DNA of 49,601 nt, the filler included, from Brevibacterium luteolum (GTDB lineage Bacteria > Actinomycetota > Actinomycetes > Actinomycetales > Brevibacteriaceae): assembly GCF_013004595.1 (NCBI RefSeq). It is 7 parts of 7 records of this genome, joined end to end, with 100 filler letters (N's around TTAATTAATTAA, not from the genome) between each part and the next. Parts side by side here need not be neighbours in the genome. Positions count along the whole stretch, not along the records: positions 1 to 25,339 come from NZ_JABEMC010000015.1; 6 more parts are not named here. One strand, written 5' to 3'. This document shows, one piece after another, positions 9,354 through 18,697 of the stretch (position 1 is its first letter; the number at the start of each line of letters is the position of its first letter). The position numbers and the translations under genes are program-made. The notes beneath the pieces were generated by a model. That model was given only the letters and a program-made list of their open reading frames with translations. It searched no databases and had not been told where the DNA came from.

Positions 9354-10286
9354 ATGACCGGACACGCCGCTTTGCGGGCAGTCAACCGGACGATCTACCG
9401 GTCCGTCGGACCCGTCGCGTATGACTTCGTGAAGCTGATAGTCGTGCGCGACGGGTCGGCGATCCTGTTCAGCGAGTTCGGGGAACACCCGATCAACGTC
9501 GGCGATGTCGTGCTGCTGGCCGCGAACACATTGTGCGGCTCCGAGCCGGAAGGGCACATCACGGTGTCCACGATCTACGCCGACTCCGATTACGTGCTCG
9601 ACCAGCTCTTCTGGCAACACGTCGATATGCTCTGCGACCGCCTCGACACTCAGGACTTCGCGGACACGATCTATACCGAACCGGCCCAGATACTCCGGCT
9701 GGGTGAGCACCGGGCAGGCATGTTGATGCCCTGGGTCGATGAGTTGGTCGCTCTGACCACGGACGAGCTCGCCCGGAGCCGGTTCCACCGGGCCCAGGCG
9801 TTGTGGTTTTCGATCATCGACCAGGTGTCGCCGTTCATCGAGGTATCGCCCCACCGGATCGCCCCGAACCAGCGTGCCCATATCCGGCCCACCCTGCCGC
9901 GCGAGCGCAGGTTCGCACCGTTGCGGGCCGAGGCTCGTCAGGTCGAGGCGCTGCTGCGCGGCGATGTCGCGCATGACTGGAACCTGACGGAGCTGGCCGA
10001 CGCAGTTCATCTGTCGCCGAAGCAGCTCAGCCGGGTGTTCGTGGAGGCGTTCGGGAAGACACCGCTGGCGTACCTGACAATGCTGCGCGTGCAGGAGATG
10101 AGCCGCCAACTACGCGAGCCCGAGGTCTCGATCGCGGAAGCAGGCCGTCGGGTCGGATGGCAGTCGCGGAACCGTGCGACGGAGGCGTTCCGCGAGCATG
10201 CGGGGATCACTCCGACGCGGTACCGGCAGATGCAACTCCATCCGGAGTCTCGGAGACCAACGGTTCTAAGACCGGCGGTTCTATAG
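9354..10286 (+). CDS. AraC-family regulator
   Basis: C-terminal LTELADAVHLSPKQLSRVF...GKTPLAYL...GITPTRYR. Confidence 0.9.
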   Translation: MTGHAALRAVNRTIYRSVGPVAYDFVKLIVVRDGSAILFSEFGEHPINVGDVVLLAANTLCGSEPEGHITVSTIYADSDYVLDQLFWQHVDMLCDRLDTQDFADTIYTEPAQILRLGEHRAGMLMPWVDELVALTTDELARSRFHRAQALWFSIIDQVSPFIEVSPHRIAPNQRAHIRPTLPRERRFAPLRAEARQVEALLRGDVAHDWNLTELADAVHLSPKQLSRVFVEAFGKTPLAYLTMLRVQEMSRQLREPEVSIAEAGRRVGWQSRNRATEAFREHAGITPTRYRQMQLHPESRRPTVLRPAVL

Positions 10287-13200
10287 GGTCCGTGTCGGCC
10301 CGTCTGACCGAGGGTCGTGGCGGTGGGTGTCATGTTCGAACGGGTCGCGGAGCTGCTGTGCGCGTTCAGCCGCTCGCTGCCGCTGGTCGGCCCGCTCGGC
10401 CTGCTTGGCGTCGATGCGGGCGGCGGCTTCGACGATCGGCAGAGCGCGCAGCTGGTCGGCTTCGGCACGAGTGGCGGCGGCCTCGGTACGCGCGGCGCGG
10501 GCACGGCGGTGTGGGTCGGGCTCACGCATGCCGAGGTGGATGCGGCGGGCGCGTTCGGTCCCGTACTCGCTGACCAGCAGTGCCAGGTGTTCCTGCTCGT
10601 GACGTTCCCGCATCGTCTTCTGCCCGGCCGTCACGGCCGCCACGCCTTGCACCGCCTCGGTCACGCGGGGATCGGCCTCGGCGTGGCTGGCGGCGACTCT
10701 GCTCGCCCATGCGGTGAGCTGGTCAGCAGCGCTCGGGGTGGTGCCCCATTCGTTGGCGACCTGTCCGCGCAGCTCCCGGGCGCGTTCGGTCGCGGCGCGA
10801 TGCTCGGTGCGGGCCTTACGCTTGCCGAACCGGCCGACAGCAGCGAGGCGGGCGCTTGCCGTGGTCTCGTCTGCGACGGCGGAGAGGTAGGCCGCGGCAT
10901 CGGCCTCAGCCCGGGCGGTGAGCGGCCCTGCGACCTCGACACGTATCTGCTCGACCGCTTCTTCGGCCTTGCGGAGGGCTTCGGTGTTCTCGTCCGTCTC
11001 GGCGCGGTGAGTCTCACGTTGGGCGTCGAACCTGTCGGCGATCTGTTCCCAGCGTTCCGCCGCCCGCAGCGCGCGTTCGACCTCACCGTAAAGGCGAGCG
11101 AGTTCGTCCGTGACCAGCCGCACAGGGCCGTTGGTGACCAAGCCACGCACGGCTTCGACTGCTTGGGTGGTGGCGTGGTCGAGGCCGCGGTCTGCTGGGT
11201 CGTGTTCCATGGCGTCGTTGAACTGCGCCCGGGCGTCTGCGAGGTCTTCGGCGACGACGTGCAGCTGGTTGGTGTCGCTGCCTCGGGTCATGCCGACGTA
11301 GACGTTTGCCGCGGTCGTCGCTTCCGACAGGATCGTGTGGGCGGTATCGACGGTTGCGCCTTGGACGCCGTAGGCGGTCGTCGCATAGGACAGGTGCGCG
11401 TACTCGTTCACGTACTCGGGCGGGAGGGCGACAGTGCGGAGGTTCTTCTGCTTGTTGCCGACCTCACGTGCGTACACGGTGCCATCATCGATGAGCCGTT
11501 GCACGATCCATTGCTGCCGGTTCGCGACACCCAGGCTGGTGTCGTTCTTCCGGGTCTGGATCAGGTCACCGGCCCCGATGGGCAGGCCGTCGCTGCCGGT
11601 CGCCGTCACCGTGTCGTCCACCTCGCCCTGTTCGACCCGGCCGGTGCGGATGCGCTCATTCACCGCGGCAGCTTCCTCGTTGGTCGCCACCGTGATCGCC
11701 TCCCCGTCTCGGGCGTTGGCGGTGATGTGGTCGCGGGCCGCGTCGTCGTCGGCGTGCAGGGTCACGACGCCCATCGTGACCAGTTGGTCGAACACGTCGC
11801 CGGGGTTCTCCCGGTCCCGCATCTTGAGAGTGAGCGCGGCGTAGGCGGAGTCGGTGAAGCGGTGCAGCTCGGTCATGTCGTAGGTGCGGCCTCTGATCTG
11901 GGCGGCCATGTCGAGTACCCCGCCCCGTCCCACGGCGGGCAGCTGGGCGCGGTCGCCGACGAGCGCGACTGTTGCGCCTGCCTCTTGGGTGATGGTGAGG
12001 AGGGCGTGGGCGGTGTCTTGGTCGAGCATCCCGGCCTCGTCCACGATCACCCGCTCACCCCGCACCAGCCGCCCTTCTTCGGTCGGGCCGGTGAAGCTGC
12101 GCCCGGTGTCGGGGTCGATATCGCTCTGCGCGAGGCGGGTCCAGACGCCGTCATCGTTCCATCGCCACCCATGCGCATACACGAGCGCCGCAACCGAGGT
12201 GGCGGGGATGCCGAGGCCGTCGTGTGCGACTTGTGCTGCTCGTAAGGTCGGGGCGACCACTCGCGACCCACGGCCCTGCTCGGCGGCAACGTGGATGGCG
12301 ACGCCGAGCATCGTCGTCTTCCCGGCCCCGGCCGCACCCTCCACGATCACCAGCGGATCAGCCGACGCGACCGCCGCAGCGGCGGCCGTCTGCCCCTCAT
12401 CGAGCTTTGCCGCCTGCGCGGCCTCGGTGACGTCCGGGTGTTCCGGCTCCTGGTGTGGTGTTGCGGTGGTGAGTTGGTCGCGTAGCGCGGTCTCGGCGGC
12501 GATCACGCCGAGACTGGTCAGGTGGGCGACGTGTTCCGGTGTCGGCGCATCGGGTGGCAGGATCGAGAAGCAGTCATCGATCGCGAGATCGGTCGCAACC
12601 GCGATGAACTTCCGCAACTCCGCCGGTGTGGCCTGCGCGCCTGCCTCGGTCGTGATCCGGGTGATGTGCTCCTGGATCGTGTGCCGGGTCCACGCCGACG
12701 CCCCGGCGGCGCACCGGTCGAGTGCCCGCGATGCGACCTCCTGCACGGCAAGGTCATCTAGCGACATCGCGGGTTGCACGGGCTTGCGTTCCAGATGCTC
12801 GGGTTCGTAGCCGGCGTCGGTGAGTTCTTGCCGCCACCACTGCTCGTTCTTGAGATCGGCCGGCTTCTTCCCGGGGCGCTGGTGTGCCCACGCGATGCCC
12901 TGCAACCGTGCGCTCATCACCGGCCCCAGCTGCTCACCGTGGTGGGCTTGTTCCCATTCGGTTTCGAGCCGGTCGAGGTTGCGGCTGATCTGTGCCAACC
13001 GCTTCGACATCACCGGGTTGAACGGCTCCAGCTCCGCCACCTCGCCCGATACGGGGTCGAGGGTCAGGCCGTGCTCGGTGAGGGTCTGGGTGAGCTGCGG
13101 GTGCGCGGCGATCACCGCGCTGCCCATCGCGCGGATCGCGCCCTGCTGCTTGAACAACGCCACCGTGTCCAACGCTCGCCACTTCCCAGCCGCGAACACT

Positions 13201-13736
13201 CTGGTGCCGATCTGCATGTGGATGTGCCGGTGCGGATCACCCGCCCGCGAGGTCTTGTGCCGGATGCCGACGACCTGCATGTGCTCGATCGGCACGACCT
13301 CCTGCGCGCCCCTCGGGCCGACCCGAGTCACGCTGTGTTGGCCGAGCCAGCGGCGTATCTCGGCGAGGGCGTCCTGCTGCGCGGCATCGAGCGCTGCGGA
13401 GACGTCGGGGTGGAGGGCGGCGGCGACCGACAGGCTCTTGGGGGCGTTGATCGTCATCTCCGCGAACAACGGCGACCCTTTGCGCCCGTCACCCGGCAGA
13501 CGTGGAGTACCCATCTGCTCGCCCGTGACCGGGTTGATCCAGTCCACCCACCCCTCGTATTCAGCAGACGTCAGCGACCGAGAGACCGTCACCTCGCCCA
13601 TGGCGTCGAGGACCGCGTACTCGGCCACGGCGTCGTCGGCGCCGAGGTAGTACTCGTCCGCGCCGGACCGGTCGGACTCGACATAGCGGCGAGCGGCGGC
13701 ACCGTTGCCGCGGAACAGGATCACGCCGCCCTTCAC
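10281..13736 (-). CDS. MobF (TrwC-like) relaxase-helicase of the integrated element
   Basis: N-terminal Tyr (DEYY), APKSLS, HUH motif DPHRHIH, Walker A GAAGAGKT, DEAGM, YVGMTRG; GTG start after GGAGG. Confidence 0.93.
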   Translation of the reverse strand: MKGGVILFRGNGAAARRYVESDRSGADEYYLGADDAVAEYAVLDAMGEVTVSRSLTSAEYEGWVDWINPVTGEQMGTPRLPGDGRKGSPLFAEMTINAPKSLSVAAALHPDVSAALDAAQQDALAEIRRWLGQHSVTRVGPRGAQEVVPIEHMQVVGIRHKTSRAGDPHRHIHMQIGTRVFAAGKWRALDTVALFKQQGAIRAMGSAVIAAHPQLTQTLTEHGLTLDPVSGEVAELEPFNPVMSKRLAQISRNLDRLETEWEQAHHGEQLGPVMSARLQGIAWAHQRPGKKPADLKNEQWWRQELTDAGYEPEHLERKPVQPAMSLDDLAVQEVASRALDRCAAGASAWTRHTIQEHITRITTEAGAQATPAELRKFIAVATDLAIDDCFSILPPDAPTPEHVAHLTSLGVIAAETALRDQLTTATPHQEPEHPDVTEAAQAAKLDEGQTAAAAAVASADPLVIVEGAAGAGKTTMLGVAIHVAAEQGRGSRVVAPTLRAAQVAHDGLGIPATSVAALVYAHGWRWNDDGVWTRLAQSDIDPDTGRSFTGPTEEGRLVRGERVIVDEAGMLDQDTAHALLTITQEAGATVALVGDRAQLPAVGRGGVLDMAAQIRGRTYDMTELHRFTDSAYAALTLKMRDRENPGDVFDQLVTMGVVTLHADDDAARDHITANARDGEAITVATNEEAAAVNERIRTGRVEQGEVDDTVTATGSDGLPIGAGDLIQTRKNDTSLGVANRQQWIVQRLIDDGTVYAREVGNKQKNLRTVALPPEYVNEYAHLSYATTAYGVQGATVDTAHTILSEATTAANVYVGMTRGSDTNQLHVVAEDLADARAQFNDAMEHDPADRGLDHATTQAVEAVRGLVTNGPVRLVTDELARLYGEVERALRAAERWEQIADRFDAQRETHRAETDENTEALRKAEEAVEQIRVEVAGPLTARAEADAAAYLSAVADETTASARLAAVGRFGKRKARTEHRAATERARELRGQVANEWGTTPSAADQLTAWASRVAASHAEADPRVTEAVQGVAAVTAGQKTMRERHEQEHLALLVSEYGTERARRIHLGMREPDPHRRARAARTEAAATRAEADQLRALPIVEAAARIDAKQAERADQRQRAAERAQQLRDPFEHDTHRHDPRSDGPTRTL

Positions 13737-13748
13737 GCCTGTCACCGC

Positions 13749-13815
13749 CTCCCGCAAGGTCGTCCTTGCAGGAGAGGTGCGCACTACGGCCCCGGCCGTA
13801 GCATCCGTGCATAGC
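13749..13815. other. Candidate oriT
   Basis: Two hairpins (CTCC.GCAAGG/CCTTGC.GGAG and CTACGGCC-CC-GGCCGTAG) flanking AGGTGCGCA directly upstream of the relaxase. Confidence 0.5.
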
Positions 13816-13849
13816 TTCTTGACGGTAGAGCGGGGTTGCGCGAGCCAGT

Positions 13850-13873
13850 TACATACGGATTATCATGTATATA
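13850..13873. promoter_or_regulatory. Putative TetR operator
   Basis: TACATAC-N10-GTATATA imperfect palindrome abutting the TetR start codon; AcrR-operator-like. Confidence 0.55.
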
Positions 13874-14460
13874 TGAGACGTTCGGTTGAGGACGCGGAGA
13901 GAACGCGTCTGTCGCTGTGTGAGGCGGCGTTGATGGCCTTCGAAGAGAAGGGGTGGCGGGGGGCAACGTTCGAGGCGATCTCAGAACGGGCGGGTGTGAC
14001 CCGCGGCGCGCTGCACCATCACTTCCGCGACAAGGCCACGCTCCTGAGCGATGCGCTCGCGTGGGGATGGGGCGAGTACGCCGACCGCGTGTTCCCTGCA
14101 GACCCCGCCCAGGACGTATCCACTGGACTGTCGAGCCTGCTCTCGGAGTACATGCGCCTGCTGAGCGTCGATCCGCTGTTCCGAGCGCTGGCGTTCTCCA
14201 CGGTGCTGGTCGCACCCCAAGCGTTCGACGATGCATCGGAGAAAGCTGCGGGGCTCGATGACTGGCACGTCCGGCTGACCGAGTTGATCGCTACCGATAC
14301 CTCAGCGACGAGCACGCTGCCGCCTGCGCAGATTGCGGGCCTCGTGCTTGTCCTGCTTCAAGGGCTCACCGTCACTGCGGTGACCCGACCACAAGACCTT
14401 CCACAACCCTCACACCGTGAAAGCGCGGTCGCCGCGCTGGTTCGGGGGTTGCTCTCCTAG
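13873..14460 (+). CDS. TetR/AcrR-family regulator
   Basis: HTH GWRGATFEAISERAGVTRGALHHHF. Confidence 0.92.
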   Translation: MRRSVEDAERTRLSLCEAALMAFEEKGWRGATFEAISERAGVTRGALHHHFRDKATLLSDALAWGWGEYADRVFPADPAQDVSTGLSSLLSEYMRLLSVDPLFRALAFSTVLVAPQAFDDASEKAAGLDDWHVRLTELIATDTSATSTLPPAQIAGLVLVLLQGLTVTAVTRPQDLPQPSHRESAVAALVRGLLS

Positions 14461-14478
14461 AAAGACCATTCGTTCTAC

Positions 14479-15663
14479 ATGACAACCCCACACACCGCCC
14501 CCGCCGGGGGCACGACTCCAACGCGCGCACTGATCGTGTCGTCAGCGGCACTGTTCACCGACATGCTCGTCCACGGTCTCGCCGTTCCGGTGCTGCCGCT
14601 CCTGCCGTCCGTCGTGGCGGCCGGGCCAGAAGCCACCGGCATCCTCTTCTCCTCATACGCAGCGGCAATGATCGTCGCGACACTGTTCGCCGGGCGCATC
14701 GTCGACCGGTACGGACCACGCACACCGCTCCTCATCGGCCTCGTCGGGCTCGCGGCAGCGACGCTGCTGTTCGCCACCGGAGGACCCTACTGGCTGCTAC
14801 TGGTCGCTCGCCTCGCCCAAGGGATCGCAGGCGGCATGTCCTGGGTCGCTGCACTCTCGCTGATCGCTGCCACCACACCGATGGAAAAACGCGGCCAGTC
14901 GATGGGCATCGCACTGTCGACCATCACTCTCGGCGTGCTCATCGGCCCGCCGCTGGCCGGGTTCCTGGTCGAGCACTTCGGCACGGCATCCCCGTTCCTG
15001 TTCGCCGCCGCCGTCGCCCTCGCAGACGGCGTGCTGCGGATCGTGTTCGTGAAAGACTCACCCCGCGTCACCGATGACACCGCCGGGCCACTCGCGGTGC
15101 TCAAAGTACCGGGGTCGTTCTCGATTGTTCTCGCCGTCGCTGTCGGCGCGGCGGTGCTCTCCGGCATCGAACCCGTCTTGCCCGTGCACCTCGGCGCAAG
15201 CGCGCTCACGGTCGGGTTGTTGTTCGGTCTCGCAGCGCTCGCCTCGATCATCGCGAACCCTGTTGTTGGCCGTCTCGTGACGACCACATCCCCGCGGATG
15301 CTCGTCGGTGCCGGGGTCGCCGCGGTCACTGCGGCGCTCGTGGTGACCGGGTTCGCGACCGAACTGTGGCAGACCTGCATCGGGATGATTCTCCTTGGAG
15401 TCTCCTCGGCACTGCTGCTCGCCCCAGCCACAACGCTCATCAGTGAACAGGGCTACAAGTCGAACCCGCCCACACTTGGCGGCTCGTTCGCGCTGTACAA
15501 CCTCGCCTATGCCGCAGGGCTCGCAGGCGGGCCGCTCCTGACCGGCATCAGCACTGGGCAATGGGGCTTCACCACAGCGATGGTGATCACCGCTGTGGTG
15601 CTCGCAGTGATCGGAGGTGCTTCGCTCATGCGTCTCCCACGAGTAGCCCGACAAACCGAATAG
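14479..15663 (+). CDS. MFS transporter (efflux type)
   Basis: About 12 TM segments; motif A GRIVDRYGPR. Confidence 0.92.
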   Translation: MTTPHTAPAGGTTPTRALIVSSAALFTDMLVHGLAVPVLPLLPSVVAAGPEATGILFSSYAAAMIVATLFAGRIVDRYGPRTPLLIGLVGLAAATLLFATGGPYWLLLVARLAQGIAGGMSWVAALSLIAATTPMEKRGQSMGIALSTITLGVLIGPPLAGFLVEHFGTASPFLFAAAVALADGVLRIVFVKDSPRVTDDTAGPLAVLKVPGSFSIVLAVAVGAAVLSGIEPVLPVHLGASALTVGLLFGLAALASIIANPVVGRLVTTTSPRMLVGAGVAAVTAALVVTGFATELWQTCIGMILLGVSSALLLAPATTLISEQGYKSNPPTLGGSFALYNLAYAAGLAGGPLLTGISTGQWGFTTAMVITAVVLAVIGGASLMRLPRVARQTE

Positions 15664-15859
15664 TCACGTTCCCCGGTGATCGGGCGGAACCAACGTGGGC
15701 AGCTCACCCACAGACGATTCCGCCCGATCACGGGATCGCGTGCCCGCACCGAGAGGTGACAAAACAGCGCGCCTGCCGACAAACGGCAGGCGCGGGGCGA
15801 GCCGATGCGCGCCCTGATCTGGGTGTCAGTGGCGCACCTCCCTTGTGGGAGGCGTCACC

Positions 15860-16735
15860 GTGGACGAACACACCTCACCCGCCAGCGACGATGCTGCGGC
15901 CCCGCATGGCTCGACCAGCGGCGGTTTCGAGAGCCCGGAAGGTCTACGCGCTCTGCTAATCCGGCTCGACAAGTCCGGCCCGGGGGCATGGCGGGGTGAT
16001 CGTGAAGCGGCTGAGCTGATGCGGTTCACGGCGGTGAAGTATCAGCGGTTGGCACGCAAGTACAGACTGGATGCCTGGGCGGTCGCTTCGGCGGCATTCG
16101 AGGTGATGCTCGCCCCGTCCACACGGAACGCGGCAAACCCGTGGGCGGTGGTCACTCACGCGGTGCGGATCACCTGTCTCGCCGAGGCTCGGGCCGCGGG
16201 AATGCTGACCTCGACCAGCAAAGTGCGCCACAGATCCAGGATCGCAGGGTTCCATGATGCGATCCGGTTCGCCGAGCGCGAGCAGCTGGCCGACTACCAC
16301 CCCGCATTCGCCGTCGATCCCACGACCGATGACAACGACGATGAGGCTGACGACACCGACCGCATCCGTGTCACCACGGCACTTTCGGACACCGTGGGGT
16401 TGTTCGTCTCGACGGGCTGGGATGTCGCGCTCGTTGTGGCGTGTGTTGAGCATGTCGCTTACCGGCTTGCTGATCTGCCGTCTCGTGCTCGCGCCGTCGA
16501 GGTACTGCGCCGTGACCGCGCCACCCCTGAGCGGCTGGGCATCCCACCAAGATCATGGACAGCACTGGTGCGGATCGTCCTCGGAAACCCTGACCGCAAG
16601 CACGCAGGCTCCCCGACCGGCGAAGGCATTCTGCTGCGCCTCCTCGACGGAGAAGCTCTTGACTCGCTGCGCTGCGACACTGGCTTGTTGGCTGCGATCT
16701 GGGCAGCCAATCCGAGTAAGTCAGATTCATCCTGA
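15860..16735 (+). CDS. Hypothetical element protein
   Basis: About 290-aa ORF with GGAGG before GTG 15860; no recognisable motif. Confidence 0.7.
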   Translation: MDEHTSPASDDAAAPHGSTSGGFESPEGLRALLIRLDKSGPGAWRGDREAAELMRFTAVKYQRLARKYRLDAWAVASAAFEVMLAPSTRNAANPWAVVTHAVRITCLAEARAAGMLTSTSKVRHRSRIAGFHDAIRFAEREQLADYHPAFAVDPTTDDNDDEADDTDRIRVTTALSDTVGLFVSTGWDVALVVACVEHVAYRLADLPSRARAVEVLRRDRATPERLGIPPRSWTALVRIVLGNPDRKHAGSPTGEGILLRLLDGEALDSLRCDTGLLAAIWAANPSKSDSS

Positions 16736-16774
16736 GTTGCAACGGCGCGCGGGCGGGGCGTCGTACCTGTCAGT

Positions 16775-17005
16775 ATGAGCACCTCGACCACCTTCACCAC
16801 CTCGACGGACGCCACCGTCGCACCATCACTGTTTTCTGTGGGTTCAACGCTCGGCGAGCGCCTGGCTGAGACTTCCCGTCGCGCACAGGGATTCACCACC
16901 GTCATAGATGACCCCGCTGTGCTGGCCGAGTTGCGCGGGCTCTGCACAGCACCCAGGCCCCTGGAACTGCCGATCTCTCAGAACCGTGATGGCCCCGCAC
17001 CTTGA
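16775..17005 (+). CDS. Small hypothetical protein convergent on the integrase
   Basis: 76-aa ATG ORF filling the gap before the integrase 3' end. Confidence 0.5.
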   Translation: MSTSTTFTTSTDATVAPSLFSVGSTLGERLAETSRRAQGFTTVIDDPAVLAELRGLCTAPRPLELPISQNRDGPAP

Positions 17006-17052
17006 ACCGTCATCAGTCGAGGGCGGGGCCGTCCGTGCTCCATGGGTGCGGT

Positions 17053-18624
17053 TCATGCGCGCCAGACGAACTCGACCCGACGTTCGAGCACTGCGGCACG
17101 GTGCGCGTCGCGGCGCACATGGAACGCCTCGGTGCTCTCATTGCGGCGCTTGGGCACAGCGGTCATCATGTCCGCCGGATGCGCGTGCACGAGCACCGCT
17201 TGCAGGATCAGACTCGCCGCTTGGTACTGCCACATCGGAGTACGCCCCTCCCATTCCGCCGCAACCGTGGTCATATCGATGCGCGGGCCGACGTGCTGCT
17301 CGGGCATCGTCGCCGCGTACTCGCGGCGGGTCGCGTCGATGCGCTCCGCGATCCTCGCGCGTTGCCGCACCCACATGGCCTTGTCGATCAGCCCGTCATA
17401 GTAGTCATCATCGAGCCGCGCCAGTCGCTCTCGGTCGGCGTCGAGCGTCGCCGTCAGCCCAACCCGCGCCGCGAGACCCGAATCACTGGATTGGCGACTG
17501 CTGGGGTGAAGGGTGATCTGCGCGAACGTCGCGAGCACTGCTTCTTCCACAAGCCTCTCGATTTCAGCGGAGCGAATCGACCGCGTACACCCACCAGGTG
17601 TCGGCTGAATGCACTGATACACGCCGCCCCGGTGAATCATCGACGTTCCACACAAAGAGCAGCGAATCAGCCCTGAGAACGGATACATCCGCACGGCAGC
17701 ACCGCTGCCCGGCTCATGGAAGTTCCGCGCCTCCTTCCTCGCGTCGAGCACATCGGAGACCTGCTGCCAAGTGTCCTCGTCCACCAGCGCAGGCCACGCC
17801 GCCTGCACATGCATCTTCGACGTTCTCGCGCGACTCCCGTCAGGGAGCACGGGCCGGTACTCACGTACTCCCTTGTTCGAGGGATTACGCAGCACCATCT
17901 TGAGCGTACGATCTGACCACATGCAGCCGTGCGTGGTGAGGATGCCGCGCTCGTTCCATTCCTTCCGAATCCGATACAACGACTCACCAGCCAACACCCG
18001 CTGGTACATCTCGACCACCAGTGGCCCGGTCACCGGGTCGACCATGAGCACGCCGTTCTCGGCGCGGTATCCGAACGGTACCCGGCCGCCGTGCCACGCG
18101 CCCTCGACAGCCTGCTGCTTCGCCGCCCGAGCGACACGGCGAGCGGTGTCGGCAGATGACTTGTTCGCCATCGCGACCAGCACCCTGGCCATCGCCACAT
18201 CAGAATCCGTATCCAACCGCAGCGAGCCCGTCACAGAGCGGACGGTGAACCCGCCGAGCACCTTCGCGTCGATAAGGTCTTCCAAGTCGCGCGGGTCGCG
18301 CACCGCTCGGTCGAGGTCGTAGGCGATCATCACCTGCGCATCACCAGAGTCGAGGTGCTTCAGCATGGCGCGGAACTGAGGGCGGATCACTCGCCGCACC
18401 CGCTCACCAGACGGCAGCGTGATTGTGCGCTGCTTGAAGGCCGACGTGTCGTTTTCACGGAACACCGCCGCGACTTCCCACCCGTGCGCAGCGGCGTAGG
18501 CGCGGCAATCGGCCTCCTGCCGATCCACACCCCGCTCGGTACCCTCGGGGTCGTCACTGATCCTGACGTACACCACCGCCCTCAACGGCTCGGTGCTCCG
18601 TTGTTCCTGCTGTTCGTGGCCCAT
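17053..18624 (-). CDS. Large serine recombinase (integrase)
   Basis: Catalytic YVRIS, DLDRAVR, recombinase domain, Zn ribbon (CSLC...C...C) and coiled coil; ATG at 18624. Confidence 0.95.
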   Translation of the reverse strand: MGHEQQEQRSTEPLRAVVYVRISDDPEGTERGVDRQEADCRAYAAAHGWEVAAVFRENDTSAFKQRTITLPSGERVRRVIRPQFRAMLKHLDSGDAQVMIAYDLDRAVRDPRDLEDLIDAKVLGGFTVRSVTGSLRLDTDSDVAMARVLVAMANKSSADTARRVARAAKQQAVEGAWHGGRVPFGYRAENGVLMVDPVTGPLVVEMYQRVLAGESLYRIRKEWNERGILTTHGCMWSDRTLKMVLRNPSNKGVREYRPVLPDGSRARTSKMHVQAAWPALVDEDTWQQVSDVLDARKEARNFHEPGSGAAVRMYPFSGLIRCSLCGTSMIHRGGVYQCIQPTPGGCTRSIRSAEIERLVEEAVLATFAQITLHPSSRQSSDSGLAARVGLTATLDADRERLARLDDDYYDGLIDKAMWVRQRARIAERIDATRREYAATMPEQHVGPRIDMTTVAAEWEGRTPMWQYQAASLILQAVLVHAHPADMMTAVPKRRNESTEAFHVRRDAHRAAVLERRVEFVWRA

Positions 18625-18654
18625 GCTCCGGCCCACCTTCCTACTCGTGTGAGA

Positions 18655-18697
18655 GGTAGGTGCGTTTACAGAACCTCGGCTAACCCAGATCAATATG
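18655..18697. other. Right att junction
   Basis: Arm GGTAGGTGCGTTTACAGAACCTCGGC, TA, then host ACCCAGATCAATATG. Confidence 0.85.

Larger units (their letters stand above)
2567..18682. mobile_element. 16.1-kb integrative mobilizable element (large serine recombinase plus MobF relaxase) inserted in a relaxase gene
   Basis: TA at both ends (2567-2568, 18681-18682); 26-bp inverted arms matching at 21/26 positions; removal restores GAT CTG GGT TAC GCG GTC ACC in frame. Confidence 0.9.

Noticed and set aside
10317..12245. Long antisense or alternate-frame ORFs (also 7579-9357, 3423-4625, 28740-30017, 22697-23674)
   Set aside because: Shadows of real high-GC genes; no motifs and biased composition.
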